Origin: Bacteroidota bacterium
GTDB lineage: Bacteria > Bacteroidota > Bacteroidia > J057 > JAJTIE01
Assembly: GCA_019638695.1 (NCBI GenBank)
Contig: JAHBTG010000001.1
Span: 19,173 to 83,172 of the forward strand
DNA: 64,000 bases
Direction of reading: 5' to 3'
The position numbers and the translations under genes are program-made. The notes beneath the pieces were generated by a model, which was not told where the DNA came from, made no database searches, and saw nothing but the letters and a program-made list of their open reading frames with translations. Each line of letters starts with the position of its first letter. Within the stretch, counting starts at the first letter, position 1. Of this stretch, positions 37,429 through 46,928 are shown piece after piece.

Positions 37429-38781
37429 GTGAGTACTCCCCGGTCCATCCTGGCGCGCCTGTCACCGGCCGGCAAGTATGCCTTGCTGGCAGCACTGCCC
37501 CAGCTGGCATACCTGCTGACATTCGGCCCCCGCTATGAACCGGATGTGCACTACTATCTCACCGGGGCACTGCACTGGCACCCCCAGCATCCGCCGGGAT
37601 ATAACTTCTGGCTTTCCTGCTGGCACAAGCTATACCCCAGTGTGTACCTGCCTGTCGTACTGCAGCAACTCGTTTGGGCAGCAGTGGCAGGATGGACTTC
37701 CTGGAAGTTATTCGGGCCCAACCACTACGCCCTGTTCCTGGCGCTGGCGCTGGGCACAGAGCCTACACTTGCTTATCTCCATCTTTCGCTGCAAAGCGAC
37801 AGTCTCTTTGCCAGCAGCCTGCTGCTGAGCGCCGGATTACTGATGCCCGCAACCGGGCGGCACAGCACACTATGGGGCGCGGGCATAGCGCTGGCGCTGG
37901 CCGGAGGTATACGCTATGCGGCGGTCTTTTGCTGGCCGGCCTGGCTGGCAATGGCTTGCTGGCAGCAACGAAGCTGGCGCAAGAACTGGTTGCCGCTCAC
38001 TCTGCCTTTACTGGGAGGCCAGTTACTCATCCTGGGGGGGCAGTGGATCCAGGGAAACAGCGCTTATAGCGGACGTGAAAAACTGCTGTGGGATAATGTG
38101 GCACCCTTCTATCAACCGGGAGACTGTGGAGACGGTCCGCTGTGCACGCAGCTGGATGCAGCCGCCACAGCCGGGGATTTCACACAATGGCCGCCTATGG
38201 CACGTTATGTAGCATCGGAAGAAATATTGCTCCACCATACCGGCTCGCTCATCCGGCAGGGGATCCCACCGCTGCAAGCCCGGCAGGCAGGGCTTACCCT
38301 GCTGGGCAAAACGGCTGCCGGGGTCTATGCCGCTCAACCGCTGGCCATACACGCAGGATTGGTTGCAGACAATGCCGCAATGCTGCTGAGCGGGCATTTC
38401 CTGGAATATCGCTTCCTGCCGCAGCTGCATTTTGCGCATATGTCCCGGGAGTATGCCGAGCTGGATAGTCTGATCTTCCAACTATACGGCTACACATTCC
38501 CCTCCGCTCAGCTTTCCCTGTGGGAAGACCCTCACCTGCTCAACAGATATATGCAGGTCCTATGGCTGGTGCTGCTGGCTACCGGCATAGCGGCCCTCTG
38601 CTACCGGCAGAAACGGGTGCTGCAATGGCTGCTGCTGGGTATATTACCTTTGCTGCTGATGATGGGGCTTTTCCCCCTCAAGACCCGGTTTGTGATCGTA
38701 TTTCTACCCCTCTGGCTATGTGGCGCAGGCATACTGGCAAGGCATCTGGGTACCCGGCAGGATCGCGGAATTAAGGAGTAG
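37429..38781 (+). CDS. Polytopic membrane protein, possibly GT-C (ArnT/PMT-like) glycosyltransferase fold
   Basis: 450-aa ORF with a GTG start. It has ~7 N-terminal TM segments with 'HPPGYNFW', a soluble middle part and 2-3 C-terminal TM segments. The family call is weak. Confidence 0.5.
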   Translation: MSTPRSILARLSPAGKYALLAALPQLAYLLTFGPRYEPDVHYYLTGALHWHPQHPPGYNFWLSCWHKLYPSVYLPVVLQQLVWAAVAGWTSWKLFGPNHYALFLALALGTEPTLAYLHLSLQSDSLFASSLLLSAGLLMPATGRHSTLWGAGIALALAGGIRYAAVFCWPAWLAMACWQQRSWRKNWLPLTLPLLGGQLLILGGQWIQGNSAYSGREKLLWDNVAPFYQPGDCGDGPLCTQLDAAATAGDFTQWPPMARYVASEEILLHHTGSLIRQGIPPLQARQAGLTLLGKTAAGVYAAQPLAIHAGLVADNAAMLLSGHFLEYRFLPQLHFAHMSREYAELDSLIFQLYGYTFPSAQLSLWEDPHLLNRYMQVLWLVLLATGIAALCYRQKRVLQWLLLGILPLLLMMGLFPLKTRFVIVFLPLWLCGAGILARHLGTRQDRGIKE

Positions 38782-39163
38782 CGGCTTTCTTCAGCTCCAC
38801 GCCTGCACGCTGCATGGCCGGTATACCTTCTGTAAGATTATAAACTTGCCGGAAGCCCAGCTGTTGCATGCGCTGGGCAGCTTCTCGGCTGCGGCCGCCG
38901 CTGTGGCAATAGACATAGTATACTTTGGTCTTGTCCAGCAACGCAAGCTTCTGGTCAAAATCGGGCTTAAAGATATCCAGGTTCTGTGCGCCGGGCAGGT
39001 GCCCGCCCGCATACTCCCAGTCAGCACGCACGTCCAGCAAATGACCCGGGGTCTGGTCCTTCATCTGCAGGTATTGCGGCAGGGTGATATGGGTCTGGGC
39101 AAAGAGTTGGCTGCTCAGCAACAAGGCGCCGGCAAACAGCCAGGAACGCAGGATTTTTGGCAT
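38771..39163 (-). CDS. Secreted rhodanese-domain sulfurtransferase
   Basis: 'HLLDVRADWEYAGGHLPGAQNL' and active-site loop 'VYCHSGGRSREAA'. The ATG at 39163 gives signal peptide 'MPKILRSWLFAGALLLSSQLFAQ'. The ORF-track start at 39205 is a TTG that overlaps a promoter-like box. Confidence 0.8.
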   Translation of the reverse strand: MPKILRSWLFAGALLLSSQLFAQTHITLPQYLQMKDQTPGHLLDVRADWEYAGGHLPGAQNLDIFKPDFDQKLALLDKTKVYYVYCHSGGRSREAAQRMQQLGFRQVYNLTEGIPAMQRAGVELKKAATP

Positions 39164-39202
39164 TTCGTACAGGCTTTGAGGTGTTGGGCTAAACGGGTAG
39201 TT

Positions 39203-39210
39203 CAAATTTA
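39203..39210 (-). promoter_or_regulatory. Candidate -7 promoter box TAAATTTG for the rhodanese gene
   Basis: Plus strand CAAATTTA, 40 nt upstream of the ATG at 39163. Confidence 0.35.
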
Positions 39211-39225
39211 GCGATATTCATCACG

Positions 39226-41175
39226 ATGCGGCAGGTCCTTCTGTTTTCTATACAAATAGCCTGGGGAATCCTTCCTTGCCTGTATGCACAGATGGCGCCC
39301 ACAGGCAGGGAAGACAAATTCTGTGCCGAGAGCCGCTGTACCCTGCTGCATACCCACTGGCCCCTTGCCAAGCAGTCAGCTGTGCCGGATGACCATTCCC
39401 GCCTGTATTATGCCCGGCTCCATCTACAAGCAGACCCGCAAGAGGAGCTGCTGCAAGGCCATTTGAGCGCACACTTCAGGATAACCGTCCCTACCAGCCG
39501 GCTGTGGCTGGAACTGGGAGAAGGACTGTCCATAGACAGCATTATGAGTGCATCAGGCACCCTGGCCTTTTCCAGAGAAGGCCCCTGGCTATACATACTG
39601 CTACCGGAGGAGGCTCCTGCAGGCACATCCGTTGTACTGGAAGTGTATTACCGAGGCACTCCGGAGCAAGGAGGAGGCATTGCCTCCTATACGCGCGAGA
39701 CCCTGAAAGGGTACCCCATCATCTGGACGCTGAGCGAGCCTTATGGCGCGCGGGAATGGTGGCCCACGCGGCAATCACTTGCGCATAAGCTGGACAGCAT
39801 CTCCATTTGTATCACGGCCCCGGTCCGCTACCAGTCAGTGGCCAACGGCCTGCTCATCCGCCGGGATACTACAGACGGCATGGCGACGACCTGTTACCAC
39901 CACAGCTATCCTATCCCGGCCTACCTGGTAGCCATTGCCGTGGCAGAATACAGCCGGTTCAGTCTGCAACGGCACCTGGGCACAGGCGACAGCATTCCGG
40001 AGGTAACCTGGGTGCTCCCCATAGACAGCGCCTGGGTACGGGAGAGCCTGGCCGGTATGCCGGATGTCATGGGGCTTTTCGGCCAGCTCTTTATCCCCTA
40101 CCCCTTTGCCCGCGAACAATACGGGCATGCCCAGTTTGGGTATGGCGGGGGCATGGAGCACACGACCTGCAGTTTCATGGGCACCTTCTGGTTCGAGATC
40201 TATGCGCATGAGCTGGCACACCAGTGGTTTGGCAACCAGGTGACCTGCGGAAGCTGGCAGGACCTTTGGCTGAACGAAGGATTTGCCACCTACCTCACAG
40301 GACTGGCTTATGAGTTTCTGCTGCCGGAATACTGGCAAAGCTGGAAACAGCAGCAGCTGGACCGTATTGCGCCGGTCACTTCGGGTAGTGTATTTGTGAA
40401 TGACACTACAGACCTCGGCCGGTTATTTGACGGCAACCTTACCTATCGCAAGGCGGGCCTGGTGCTTCACCAGCTGCGGTGGCTTATGGGGGACATTCCT
40501 TTCTTTATGGCTTGCCGCAACTATCTCTATAACCCGGCCCTGTATTACGGCTTTGCCCGCACGGCAGACCTCAGACGGCACCTGGAGGCAGCGGCAGATA
40601 CTTCCCTGGAAACGCATTTTGCGCAATATGTCTACGGAGAAGGCTACCCTTACTGGAGTGTGCGCTGGTCCCAGGAGCCCGAACAACCGCTAGGGCTCAG
40701 GCTCATGCAGCACACAACGCATCCGTCAGTTACTTTCTTTCATATACCGGTGCCTATCGCCGTGCACTACCGCACAGAAGGCGGCATCCTCAAAGACACC
40801 TTGATCACACTATACCCAACGCAAAACCATACGTATTGGCCGCTGGCGATCCCGGGCAGTGTGGAACAGGTCATCCTGGACCCGGAACTTAACCTGCTGC
40901 GGGGAGCCACCCGCTACCTGAACCCTGGCTTCCAGTGGACAGTATACCCGCAGCCTGCCCGTGAACAGCTGCATATCCGCTGGGGCAATGACGGGCAAGC
41001 GGCAGATCTGTTACGGCTACTGGACAGCTCCGGGCGGCTAGTGATGACAGAGATACCGGACCGCGGCCCCGGGGTCTATACACTGGAAACGGGGCGTTTG
41101 GCTACCGGGCTTTACCTGCTGGAAGCGCAATTCCGGGGGCAGACGCACCGCCGCAAGGTGCTCATCGCGCCCTAG
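39226..41175 (+). CDS. M1-family zinc aminopeptidase with T9SS type A CTD
   Basis: 649-aa ORF with a signal peptide and the exopeptidase motif 'GGMEHTT'. The zinc site is 'HELAHQWFGN...WLNEGFATY' (HExxH-x18-E). The C-terminal 'VYPQPAREQLHIRW...LLDSSGRLV...GVYTLETGRLATGLYLLEAQF' is CTD-like. Confidence 0.85.
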   Translation: MRQVLLFSIQIAWGILPCLYAQMAPTGREDKFCAESRCTLLHTHWPLAKQSAVPDDHSRLYYARLHLQADPQEELLQGHLSAHFRITVPTSRLWLELGEGLSIDSIMSASGTLAFSREGPWLYILLPEEAPAGTSVVLEVYYRGTPEQGGGIASYTRETLKGYPIIWTLSEPYGAREWWPTRQSLAHKLDSISICITAPVRYQSVANGLLIRRDTTDGMATTCYHHSYPIPAYLVAIAVAEYSRFSLQRHLGTGDSIPEVTWVLPIDSAWVRESLAGMPDVMGLFGQLFIPYPFAREQYGHAQFGYGGGMEHTTCSFMGTFWFEIYAHELAHQWFGNQVTCGSWQDLWLNEGFATYLTGLAYEFLLPEYWQSWKQQQLDRIAPVTSGSVFVNDTTDLGRLFDGNLTYRKAGLVLHQLRWLMGDIPFFMACRNYLYNPALYYGFARTADLRRHLEAAADTSLETHFAQYVYGEGYPYWSVRWSQEPEQPLGLRLMQHTTHPSVTFFHIPVPIAVHYRTEGGILKDTLITLYPTQNHTYWPLAIPGSVEQVILDPELNLLRGATRYLNPGFQWTVYPQPAREQLHIRWGNDGQAADLLRLLDSSGRLVMTEIPDRGPGVYTLETGRLATGLYLLEAQFRGQTHRRKVLIAP

Positions 41176-42335
41176 CGCACCCAGATCTGGTGGTAGGTAT
41201 TGAAGTTGCTGTTACTGGGGAAATCATCCACCTCCCAGCGATTGCCAACTCCCCGGATACCCCAGTGTTCATTGGCAGCCCTGTAGAAAGGGAACTCGGT
41301 CATGGCATTATTGCCCTGGTTGGCATAGTGGGTATTGGTGGAAGCGGGGAGGAAAGTAGTATGCCCTGCCAGCGCTGTAAATCCCGTGCCTATACCGGTG
41401 CAATCTCCCGTGCCAGAACGAAAGTAACTGAGTGTAGCAGCATTACCGGTCCTGAAGTGCATGACCCGGGCATGGGCGCTGGTACTGGCATAAAAGCGGA
41501 GTTCCGTGCCGGGAATATAGTTCATCAGGGAAGGCGCCGCATGCCCCCAATAGCCGGTGCCACTCTCATTTGTACCCGGCACGGTGCTGCCTAACAAAGG
41601 CAGGTCGGTGGTCCGGGGCTGTGTGGCGGGGTTTGTACCGCCCTGGTGGTTGTAATTAAGCACCAGGGTCCAGCCACCGCCGTCTGTGGTCATATCGCAA
41701 TAACAATCCATCGCACAGAGGGCGCCCGCGCCATCCGGATCTATCTGGTACACACCGCTGGCTGCCGAGGGGTTATCATCCAGGATCTCTTGGCAACTGC
41801 GGAAAGCCAGGGCCGGGGTAATGGTCACCTCCACAGTCTGCTCTGTACTGTAGCATCCCAGCAACCAGGTACGCAAACGATAGGTGCCGGCCTTGGCCAG
41901 CGTACCCGTCAGGGCAGGGTTCTGCAGGGTACTGCTAAACCCGTCGGGCCCGCTCCACACATAAGTAGCGCCGGTCACGGGGGTGGCGGTAAGGTTAATA
42001 GCCGCCCCTTCGCAAACGGGCGAGTTGCTCGCGGGCACACTGGCAGGAGGTGGGGTGCAAGCCGCCACAGTGGCGCACAGGCTCACCCATTCAGTGCCGT
42101 TGTAAAACTCCATGCAGTTGGCGCTGGTATTATAGATAAACATGCCAGGGGTTACGGTGCCCATCGCATCCCGTTCGGCACTGGTGAGGCGGGGTACCAG
42201 CATGCCCTTGGAGTTGGAAGACACATCCAGGATCGCATTGGGATCGGGCGTGGCCGTGCCGATCCCCACATTCTGCGCAGAGGATACCGTTGCCAGGAAC
42301 AGGACAAACACACAAAAGTTAGTCAGGGTTTTCAT
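41172..42335 (-). CDS. Secreted protein: tail-fibre-like N-module, Ig-like domain, fibrinogen/intelectin-like C-terminal domain
   Basis: The ATG at 42335 gives signal peptide 'MKTLTNFCVFVLFLATVSSAQ'. The N-module is 'NVGIGTATPDPNAILDVSS...GMLVPRLTSAERDAM'. The fibrinogen-related signature is 'CQEILDDNPSAASGVYQIDPDG...CYCDMTTDGGGWTLV'. No T9SS CTD is present. Confidence 0.75.
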   Translation of the reverse strand: MKTLTNFCVFVLFLATVSSAQNVGIGTATPDPNAILDVSSNSKGMLVPRLTSAERDAMGTVTPGMFIYNTSANCMEFYNGTEWVSLCATVAACTPPPASVPASNSPVCEGAAINLTATPVTGATYVWSGPDGFSSTLQNPALTGTLAKAGTYRLRTWLLGCYSTEQTVEVTITPALAFRSCQEILDDNPSAASGVYQIDPDGAGALCAMDCYCDMTTDGGGWTLVLNYNHQGGTNPATQPRTTDLPLLGSTVPGTNESGTGYWGHAAPSLMNYIPGTELRFYASTSAHARVMHFRTGNAATLSYFRSGTGDCTGIGTGFTALAGHTTFLPASTNTHYANQGNNAMTEFPFYRAANEHWGIRGVGNRWEVDDFPSNSNFNTYHQIWVR

Positions 42336-42397
42336 GCTTAACTGGGTAATAGAAATGGGCTTGGCCGGGGAACAACGATCGTCTGCCATATCAGCTA

Positions 42398-43771
42398 TCA
42401 GGGAGTATACTCCCACACTTCCAGTGTACTGGTATCTATATAGTAGCCTTTGCCGTTGACCGTCAGGTTACCCACGCCAAAAGAAGTAGGTGTGCTGCCG
42501 GGGAAATCGCAGGGCAACTGGGTCCAGCTGTTGGCAGCAGGGTCATAGCGCCAGAAGGTCTTGTTCCACGAAAGTACGTATCCATAGCCACCCACGGCAA
42601 AATAGCCTGCCTGTGAACCTGTAGCGCCGGGAAACCCGGCCCGGGAGGTCCAGCTGCCGGGACTGCCGTTGGTAAACTCAAAGAAGGCGCGGTTGTTGTC
42701 CAGCACATACACCTTATCATTCATGGCAAAACCTCCGACAAAGCAGGGAGCTATCCCAACAGGGGCGGCTTTGGCTGTCCAGGCAGTGGCCGCCGGGTCC
42801 CACTCATAGAAGCTATTCAGTGCACTGCCGGTACACCCCCCGGCAGAACCTCCGAAACCCATAAAACCCAGGGTAGCGGTAGCGGCTGCAAAGCCATGAT
42901 GGCGTATGCCGCCGGGCGAGGGACTCAGGTTGGCCCAGGTATTGCTGGTAGTGTCATATTCAAAGAAATGGCTCTGAGCGGGGCCACAGCAGCACGTCCA
43001 ACCGCCCACCAGGTAGCCTTTGTCTCCTACCCCAAACCCCTGGGCCGCCCGGTGCGCAATGGGGATGGGCGCCCGCTGGCGCCAGGTGTTGGCAACGGTA
43101 TTGTATTCCCAGAACTCGGTATAGCAGGTATTATTGGCGCTGTTAGCGCCGGCGGCCACATAGCAGCGGTCTCCCAGGGAAAAGTAGACACACTGCTGGC
43201 GCACCAGGGTGCTGGGAAAATCCGCTTTGCGTGTCCACCCATGCGGCAGCACCGTAATGGCGGCCGTATCGGGGTCTGAATAACAGCCGAAGGCCCAGGA
43301 ACGCACGGTATACTGCCCGGCATGACCGGGCTGCGCATTCACAATGGGGGCGGGTGTGCGGCCGGTACCGGTATAGCCGTTGGGGCCGTTCCACAGGTAG
43401 CTCATGCCGCTGCCCAGGTCGCCACAGCTGAGTTGCAGGGTCTGGCCGGCACAGAGGGTTTGGTCCACTGCCACGGGAGTGGGGGGCGGACTGCATTCGG
43501 GCGCGCTGGTACAGGTGCTGATCCACTTGGCACCGTTCCAGAACTCCAGGCAGTCGGTGGTGAGGTTGTAGATAACCAGCCCTCTGGCCGGACCGGGAAT
43601 GGCATCACGCTGCGAAGTGGTCAGCCGCGGCGGCAGGAAACCGCTGGTAGTGCTCGCTACATCCAGCTTGGCAGTGGGATCCGGGGTGGCGGTGCCAACA
43701 CCCACATTCTGGGCAAATAATTCAGTAACCAGGAGCAAGATCGCCAAACAAGATATAGTCAGGATCTTCAT
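42398..43771 (-). CDS. Secreted protein: same tail-fibre-like N-module and Ig-like domain, Kelch-type beta-propeller C-terminus
   Basis: Signal peptide 'MKILTISCLAILLLVTELFAQ' and N-module 'NVGVGTATPDPTAKLDVAS...GFLPPRLTTSQRDAI'. About six Kelch-like blades follow ('GDRCYVAAG..FWEYN...NTW', 'GDKGYLVGG..FFEYD...NTW', 'NDKVYVLDN', 'GGYGYVLSW..FWRYDPAANSW', 'NGKGYYID'). Confidence 0.75.
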   Translation of the reverse strand: MKILTISCLAILLLVTELFAQNVGVGTATPDPTAKLDVASTTSGFLPPRLTTSQRDAIPGPARGLVIYNLTTDCLEFWNGAKWISTCTSAPECSPPPTPVAVDQTLCAGQTLQLSCGDLGSGMSYLWNGPNGYTGTGRTPAPIVNAQPGHAGQYTVRSWAFGCYSDPDTAAITVLPHGWTRKADFPSTLVRQQCVYFSLGDRCYVAAGANSANNTCYTEFWEYNTVANTWRQRAPIPIAHRAAQGFGVGDKGYLVGGWTCCCGPAQSHFFEYDTTSNTWANLSPSPGGIRHHGFAAATATLGFMGFGGSAGGCTGSALNSFYEWDPAATAWTAKAAPVGIAPCFVGGFAMNDKVYVLDNNRAFFEFTNGSPGSWTSRAGFPGATGSQAGYFAVGGYGYVLSWNKTFWRYDPAANSWTQLPCDFPGSTPTSFGVGNLTVNGKGYYIDTSTLEVWEYTP

Positions 43772-43809
43772 GCCATAAGTATACTAAAATAACCCCTGCA
43801 AGCACGTAA

Positions 43810-45339
43810 TTATCGCCGGGCATTGATCTTATAGGTGTAGGTGACTTTCAGGGTCTGACCGGGCTTCAGGGTGAGCTTCCACTTCACTTCGCTGCGGCGG
43901 TTGACCGCAGAATAGGCAGTGGGCACTGCACGCACCTCCCACTTCTCACTGCTTTTCAGGGTCTCTCCCACCAGGAAGCGGGTGGCCTCCAGCGTCATCT
44001 CCTTATCGCCAAAATTGCTGATCTCCAGTGTGCCCTCGGCAGTAATGACATCATAATAATTCTTGTCGGCCAGGCGCTGGTTTTCCAGGCGTTCCAGCTC
44101 CTTCTCGGCATGGGTCACCTTCACGTTGGGATTTATAGTAATGGGCAATGTGGCCAGAGCGCCGGCAGGCGTATAGTTGATGATATCCTGGGAGAGCGGG
44201 TTGCGCTCATCCTGCTGCCCGCGCAGTACCAGTGCAGGGGCCGTGGTCCAGGGCAGCTTGGTAGTATTCTTGAACCGGATCTTGTGCCACACGGGGTAGG
44301 TAGCTTCGCGAGAGGTGCTACCTTCTTCATAGGCATATATACGGTCCTGGTTATTGCCCAGGTCCACTTCATACAGGTCTTCATAGGGAGCCTCCACATC
44401 CAGCAGTGAATAATAGGCGCGGCCACCCTTGGGCAATGAAATGTTGCTGTAGGTATAATAGAACAGGCCGTCCTGCTTACCCGCATCCGGGTCGGTAGTA
44501 TTCATGGGCATTTCATCTGCAACGGCTTCTTCTTTAGCCTCAAACATGACACGCTGGGTCATTACATTGGCATAGGGGGCAGGTGCGGGACGATAAAGCC
44601 TCGGTGTATTCAGCCAGCTCACCAGCGCATCCAGGTCATCCGAGAAACGGATATTGGGCACCCCCACCACAAAGCGTACTTCCACATTCTTCAGTTCCTC
44701 GCTCTGGGATACCAGGGTAGCGCGCAGGTCCAGCTTCAGTTTATTGTCCGGCAGCAGGAGAATGCGATAAGCAGGCGCCCATTGTATGCCGCGGGCAAAA
44801 TAATACTGGCGCACCGGCCAGCTGCCCGATTTGTCAAAGCCCAGTTCCACCACCGGCTTGATCTCCTGGCTATGGCCCATGACCACGGGGGCATCCAGCA
44901 GCTCCACATCTTTCAGGTAACGGGCATCCACCATCTGCCAGGTATTTTCCCTGGTCTTCACCAGCAGGTGATTCCCCAGCAAAGAATCTGCCACCCCTTC
45001 CACTACACGGAAGTCGTCCTCGGAACCCAGGCGCAACCGCAAGCGCTTGCCTGCATTGGCCTTCCAGAAGGCCAGTGGGTCTGTGGTCAGCTCATTTTTC
45101 TTGAGGGTATCCTGGTAAGCGCGCACGGTCTTCTGGTCTCCTTCGAACCACAGGCTGCCATTGAGAGCGGGCGGAAGTTCGGTGAGTTTCCAGGTACCGC
45201 CGGCATCTGTCCGCACAGTGCCTTTGCGCATGAAAAAGGCAGTGCCATCCTTGAATATGGTCACCTGCTGCAAAGGAAGTTGCGCCTGAGCCGCACACAC
45301 ACAAGCTAACAGGCCGGTTATCAGAACAATGCGCTTCAT
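43810..45339 (-). CDS. Secreted DUF4140/DUF4139-like (MuiA-like) protein
   Basis: 509-aa ORF with signal peptide 'MKRIVLITGLLACVCAAQA'. The N-terminal 'VTIFKDGTAFFMRKGTV...WKLTELP..LNGSLWFEG' and C-terminal 'WKLTLKPGQTLKVTYTYKI' fit my recollection of that family. Confidence 0.45.
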   Translation of the reverse strand: MKRIVLITGLLACVCAAQAQLPLQQVTIFKDGTAFFMRKGTVRTDAGGTWKLTELPPALNGSLWFEGDQKTVRAYQDTLKKNELTTDPLAFWKANAGKRLRLRLGSEDDFRVVEGVADSLLGNHLLVKTRENTWQMVDARYLKDVELLDAPVVMGHSQEIKPVVELGFDKSGSWPVRQYYFARGIQWAPAYRILLLPDNKLKLDLRATLVSQSEELKNVEVRFVVGVPNIRFSDDLDALVSWLNTPRLYRPAPAPYANVMTQRVMFEAKEEAVADEMPMNTTDPDAGKQDGLFYYTYSNISLPKGGRAYYSLLDVEAPYEDLYEVDLGNNQDRIYAYEEGSTSREATYPVWHKIRFKNTTKLPWTTAPALVLRGQQDERNPLSQDIINYTPAGALATLPITINPNVKVTHAEKELERLENQRLADKNYYDVITAEGTLEISNFGDKEMTLEATRFLVGETLKSSEKWEVRAVPTAYSAVNRRSEVKWKLTLKPGQTLKVTYTYKINARR

Positions 45340-45463
45340 AAAGGGTGTCTATAAGGGTTGTTATAAGGTTCTGCTGGCTAATTTAATGAAATGTAGAGCT
45401 GGAGGTGAATTATTTTGGGGATAAACATCGTTTGATAGTCTAAACAAGGAAGACCCTGACCGC

Positions 45464-46609
45464 ATGCGTATAGGAATGTTGTGTTACCCCACTTTTGGGG
45501 GAAGCGGAGTGCTCGCCACGGAACTTGGGATGGCCCTGGCCGCCCGGGGGCATGTCCTGCACTTTATCAGTTATAAAAAACCGGTGCGCCTGGACGACAC
45601 GGTGCCGGGGATGCACTATCATAATGTGCATGCCGAAGATTACCCTGTCTTCGATTTCCTGCCCTATGAGTCTGCCCTCACCAGCACCCTGGTAGATGTG
45701 GCCATGCGCGAGCAACTGGATGTGCTGCATGTGCACTATGCGATTCCGCACGCCAGCGCAGCCCTGTTCGCACACCATATCCTCAAGGAACTGGGGCGTT
45801 TTGTCCCTGTGGTGACCACATTACACGGCACGGACATCACGCTGGTAGGCCGGGAGGCCAGCTATGCCCCGGTGGTGACCTACTCAATCAATCACAGCCA
45901 TGCGGTGACCACCGTATCCAGCTACCTGCGGCAAGCCACGCTGGATCACTTTGAGATCCGGCGGGAGATTGACGTGGTGCACAACTTTGTAGACCTGGGC
46001 CGCTTTGGCAAAGCACCCACGGACTGCAAGCTGCGCCAGATCCTGAGCCCCAACGGACAGACCCGCATCCTGATGCACGTGAGTAATTTCCGGCCCATCA
46101 AACGCATTCATGACATCATAGATATGTTCGTGGAGCTGCGGAAGCGTTTGCCTGCCAAGCTGATCCTGGTGGGAGACGGGCCCGATTATCCGGGCATTGC
46201 CCGGCGCATTAAGGACGAGTTCCTGCAATGCGATATCCTGTTGCTGGGCAAGCAAGAAGCCGTGGAAGATATTCTCCCGGCGGCAGACCTCTTTGTGGTG
46301 GCCAGCGAACACGAGAGCTTCGGGCTCTCTGCGCTGGAGGCTATGGCCTGCGGGGTGCCGGTGCTGGCCACCCGTGCCGGCGGACTGCCCGAGGTCATAG
46401 AACCCGGGCGAAGCGGTGAACTGGTAGCGGTGGGAGATGTGCCGGACATGGTGCGCCAGGCAGAACATATGCTGGCGCAGGACAGCCGCCTGCTCATGTA
46501 TAAAGCCAAGGCACGCCTGCGGGCGCAACAGTTTTCTTCTAAGCATATCGTACCTTTGTATGAGGACATTTACAGCCGTGTATGCGCCGCTGATAATGTC
46601 CCGCATTAG
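45464..46609 (+). CDS. bshA: N-acetyl-alpha-D-glucosaminyl L-malate synthase (bacillithiol biosynthesis glycosyltransferase)
   Basis: 381-aa GT4 ORF that aligns along its length with my recollection of B. subtilis BshA. Matching segments include 'MRIGMLCYPTFGGSGVLATELG', 'LDVLHVHYAIPHA', 'TTLHGTDIT', 'HVSNFRPIKR' and 'ESFGLSALEAMACGVP'. Confidence 0.85.
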   Translation: MRIGMLCYPTFGGSGVLATELGMALAARGHVLHFISYKKPVRLDDTVPGMHYHNVHAEDYPVFDFLPYESALTSTLVDVAMREQLDVLHVHYAIPHASAALFAHHILKELGRFVPVVTTLHGTDITLVGREASYAPVVTYSINHSHAVTTVSSYLRQATLDHFEIRREIDVVHNFVDLGRFGKAPTDCKLRQILSPNGQTRILMHVSNFRPIKRIHDIIDMFVELRKRLPAKLILVGDGPDYPGIARRIKDEFLQCDILLLGKQEAVEDILPAADLFVVASEHESFGLSALEAMACGVPVLATRAGGLPEVIEPGRSGELVAVGDVPDMVRQAEHMLAQDSRLLMYKAKARLRAQQFSSKHIVPLYEDIYSRVCAADNVPH

Positions 46610-46617
46610 CCCCTGGT

Positions 46618-46923
46618 ATGCTCCGCTTCCTTGTCATTCTACTGATCATATGGCTATCCTTTCAGCTGATCTTCATGCTGTTCGGGCGGCAGATCATGCG
46701 ATTCCTGCTCAAGAGACTCACCCGGCGCATAGAGAAGAACTTCTGGGAGCAGCAGAATGCGCATCAGCAAAAATATGACCCCAATTTTGACCGGGAAATG
46801 CACCTGAACCCGGACGTAAAGATCAAGGTACCACGCAAGGATGCTGCCAAAACGGCTACACCTCCTCCGCCAGAGACTTCCGGTGCAGTACAGGATGTGG
46901 ATTTTGAAGAGATCCCGGACTAG
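46618..46923 (+). CDS. DUF4834-like small membrane protein
   Basis: 101-aa ORF with N-terminal TM 'FLVILLIIWLSFQLIFMLF' and a charged tail ending 'DVDFEEIPD'. It lies directly after bshA. Confidence 0.6.
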   Translation: MLRFLVILLIIWLSFQLIFMLFGRQIMRFLLKRLTRRIEKNFWEQQNAHQQKYDPNFDREMHLNPDVKIKVPRKDAAKTATPPPPETSGAVQDVDFEEIPD

Positions 46924-46928
46924 CGGCA

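Noticed and set aside
39164-39205. N-terminal extensions given by the ORF track that begin at TTG codons: 39205, 13514, 14882, 28805, 42416, 50325 and 63059.
   Set aside because: In each case a downstream ATG yields a canonical signal peptide or family-typical N-terminus. In several cases the extension overlaps a promoter-like box or the neighbouring gene.
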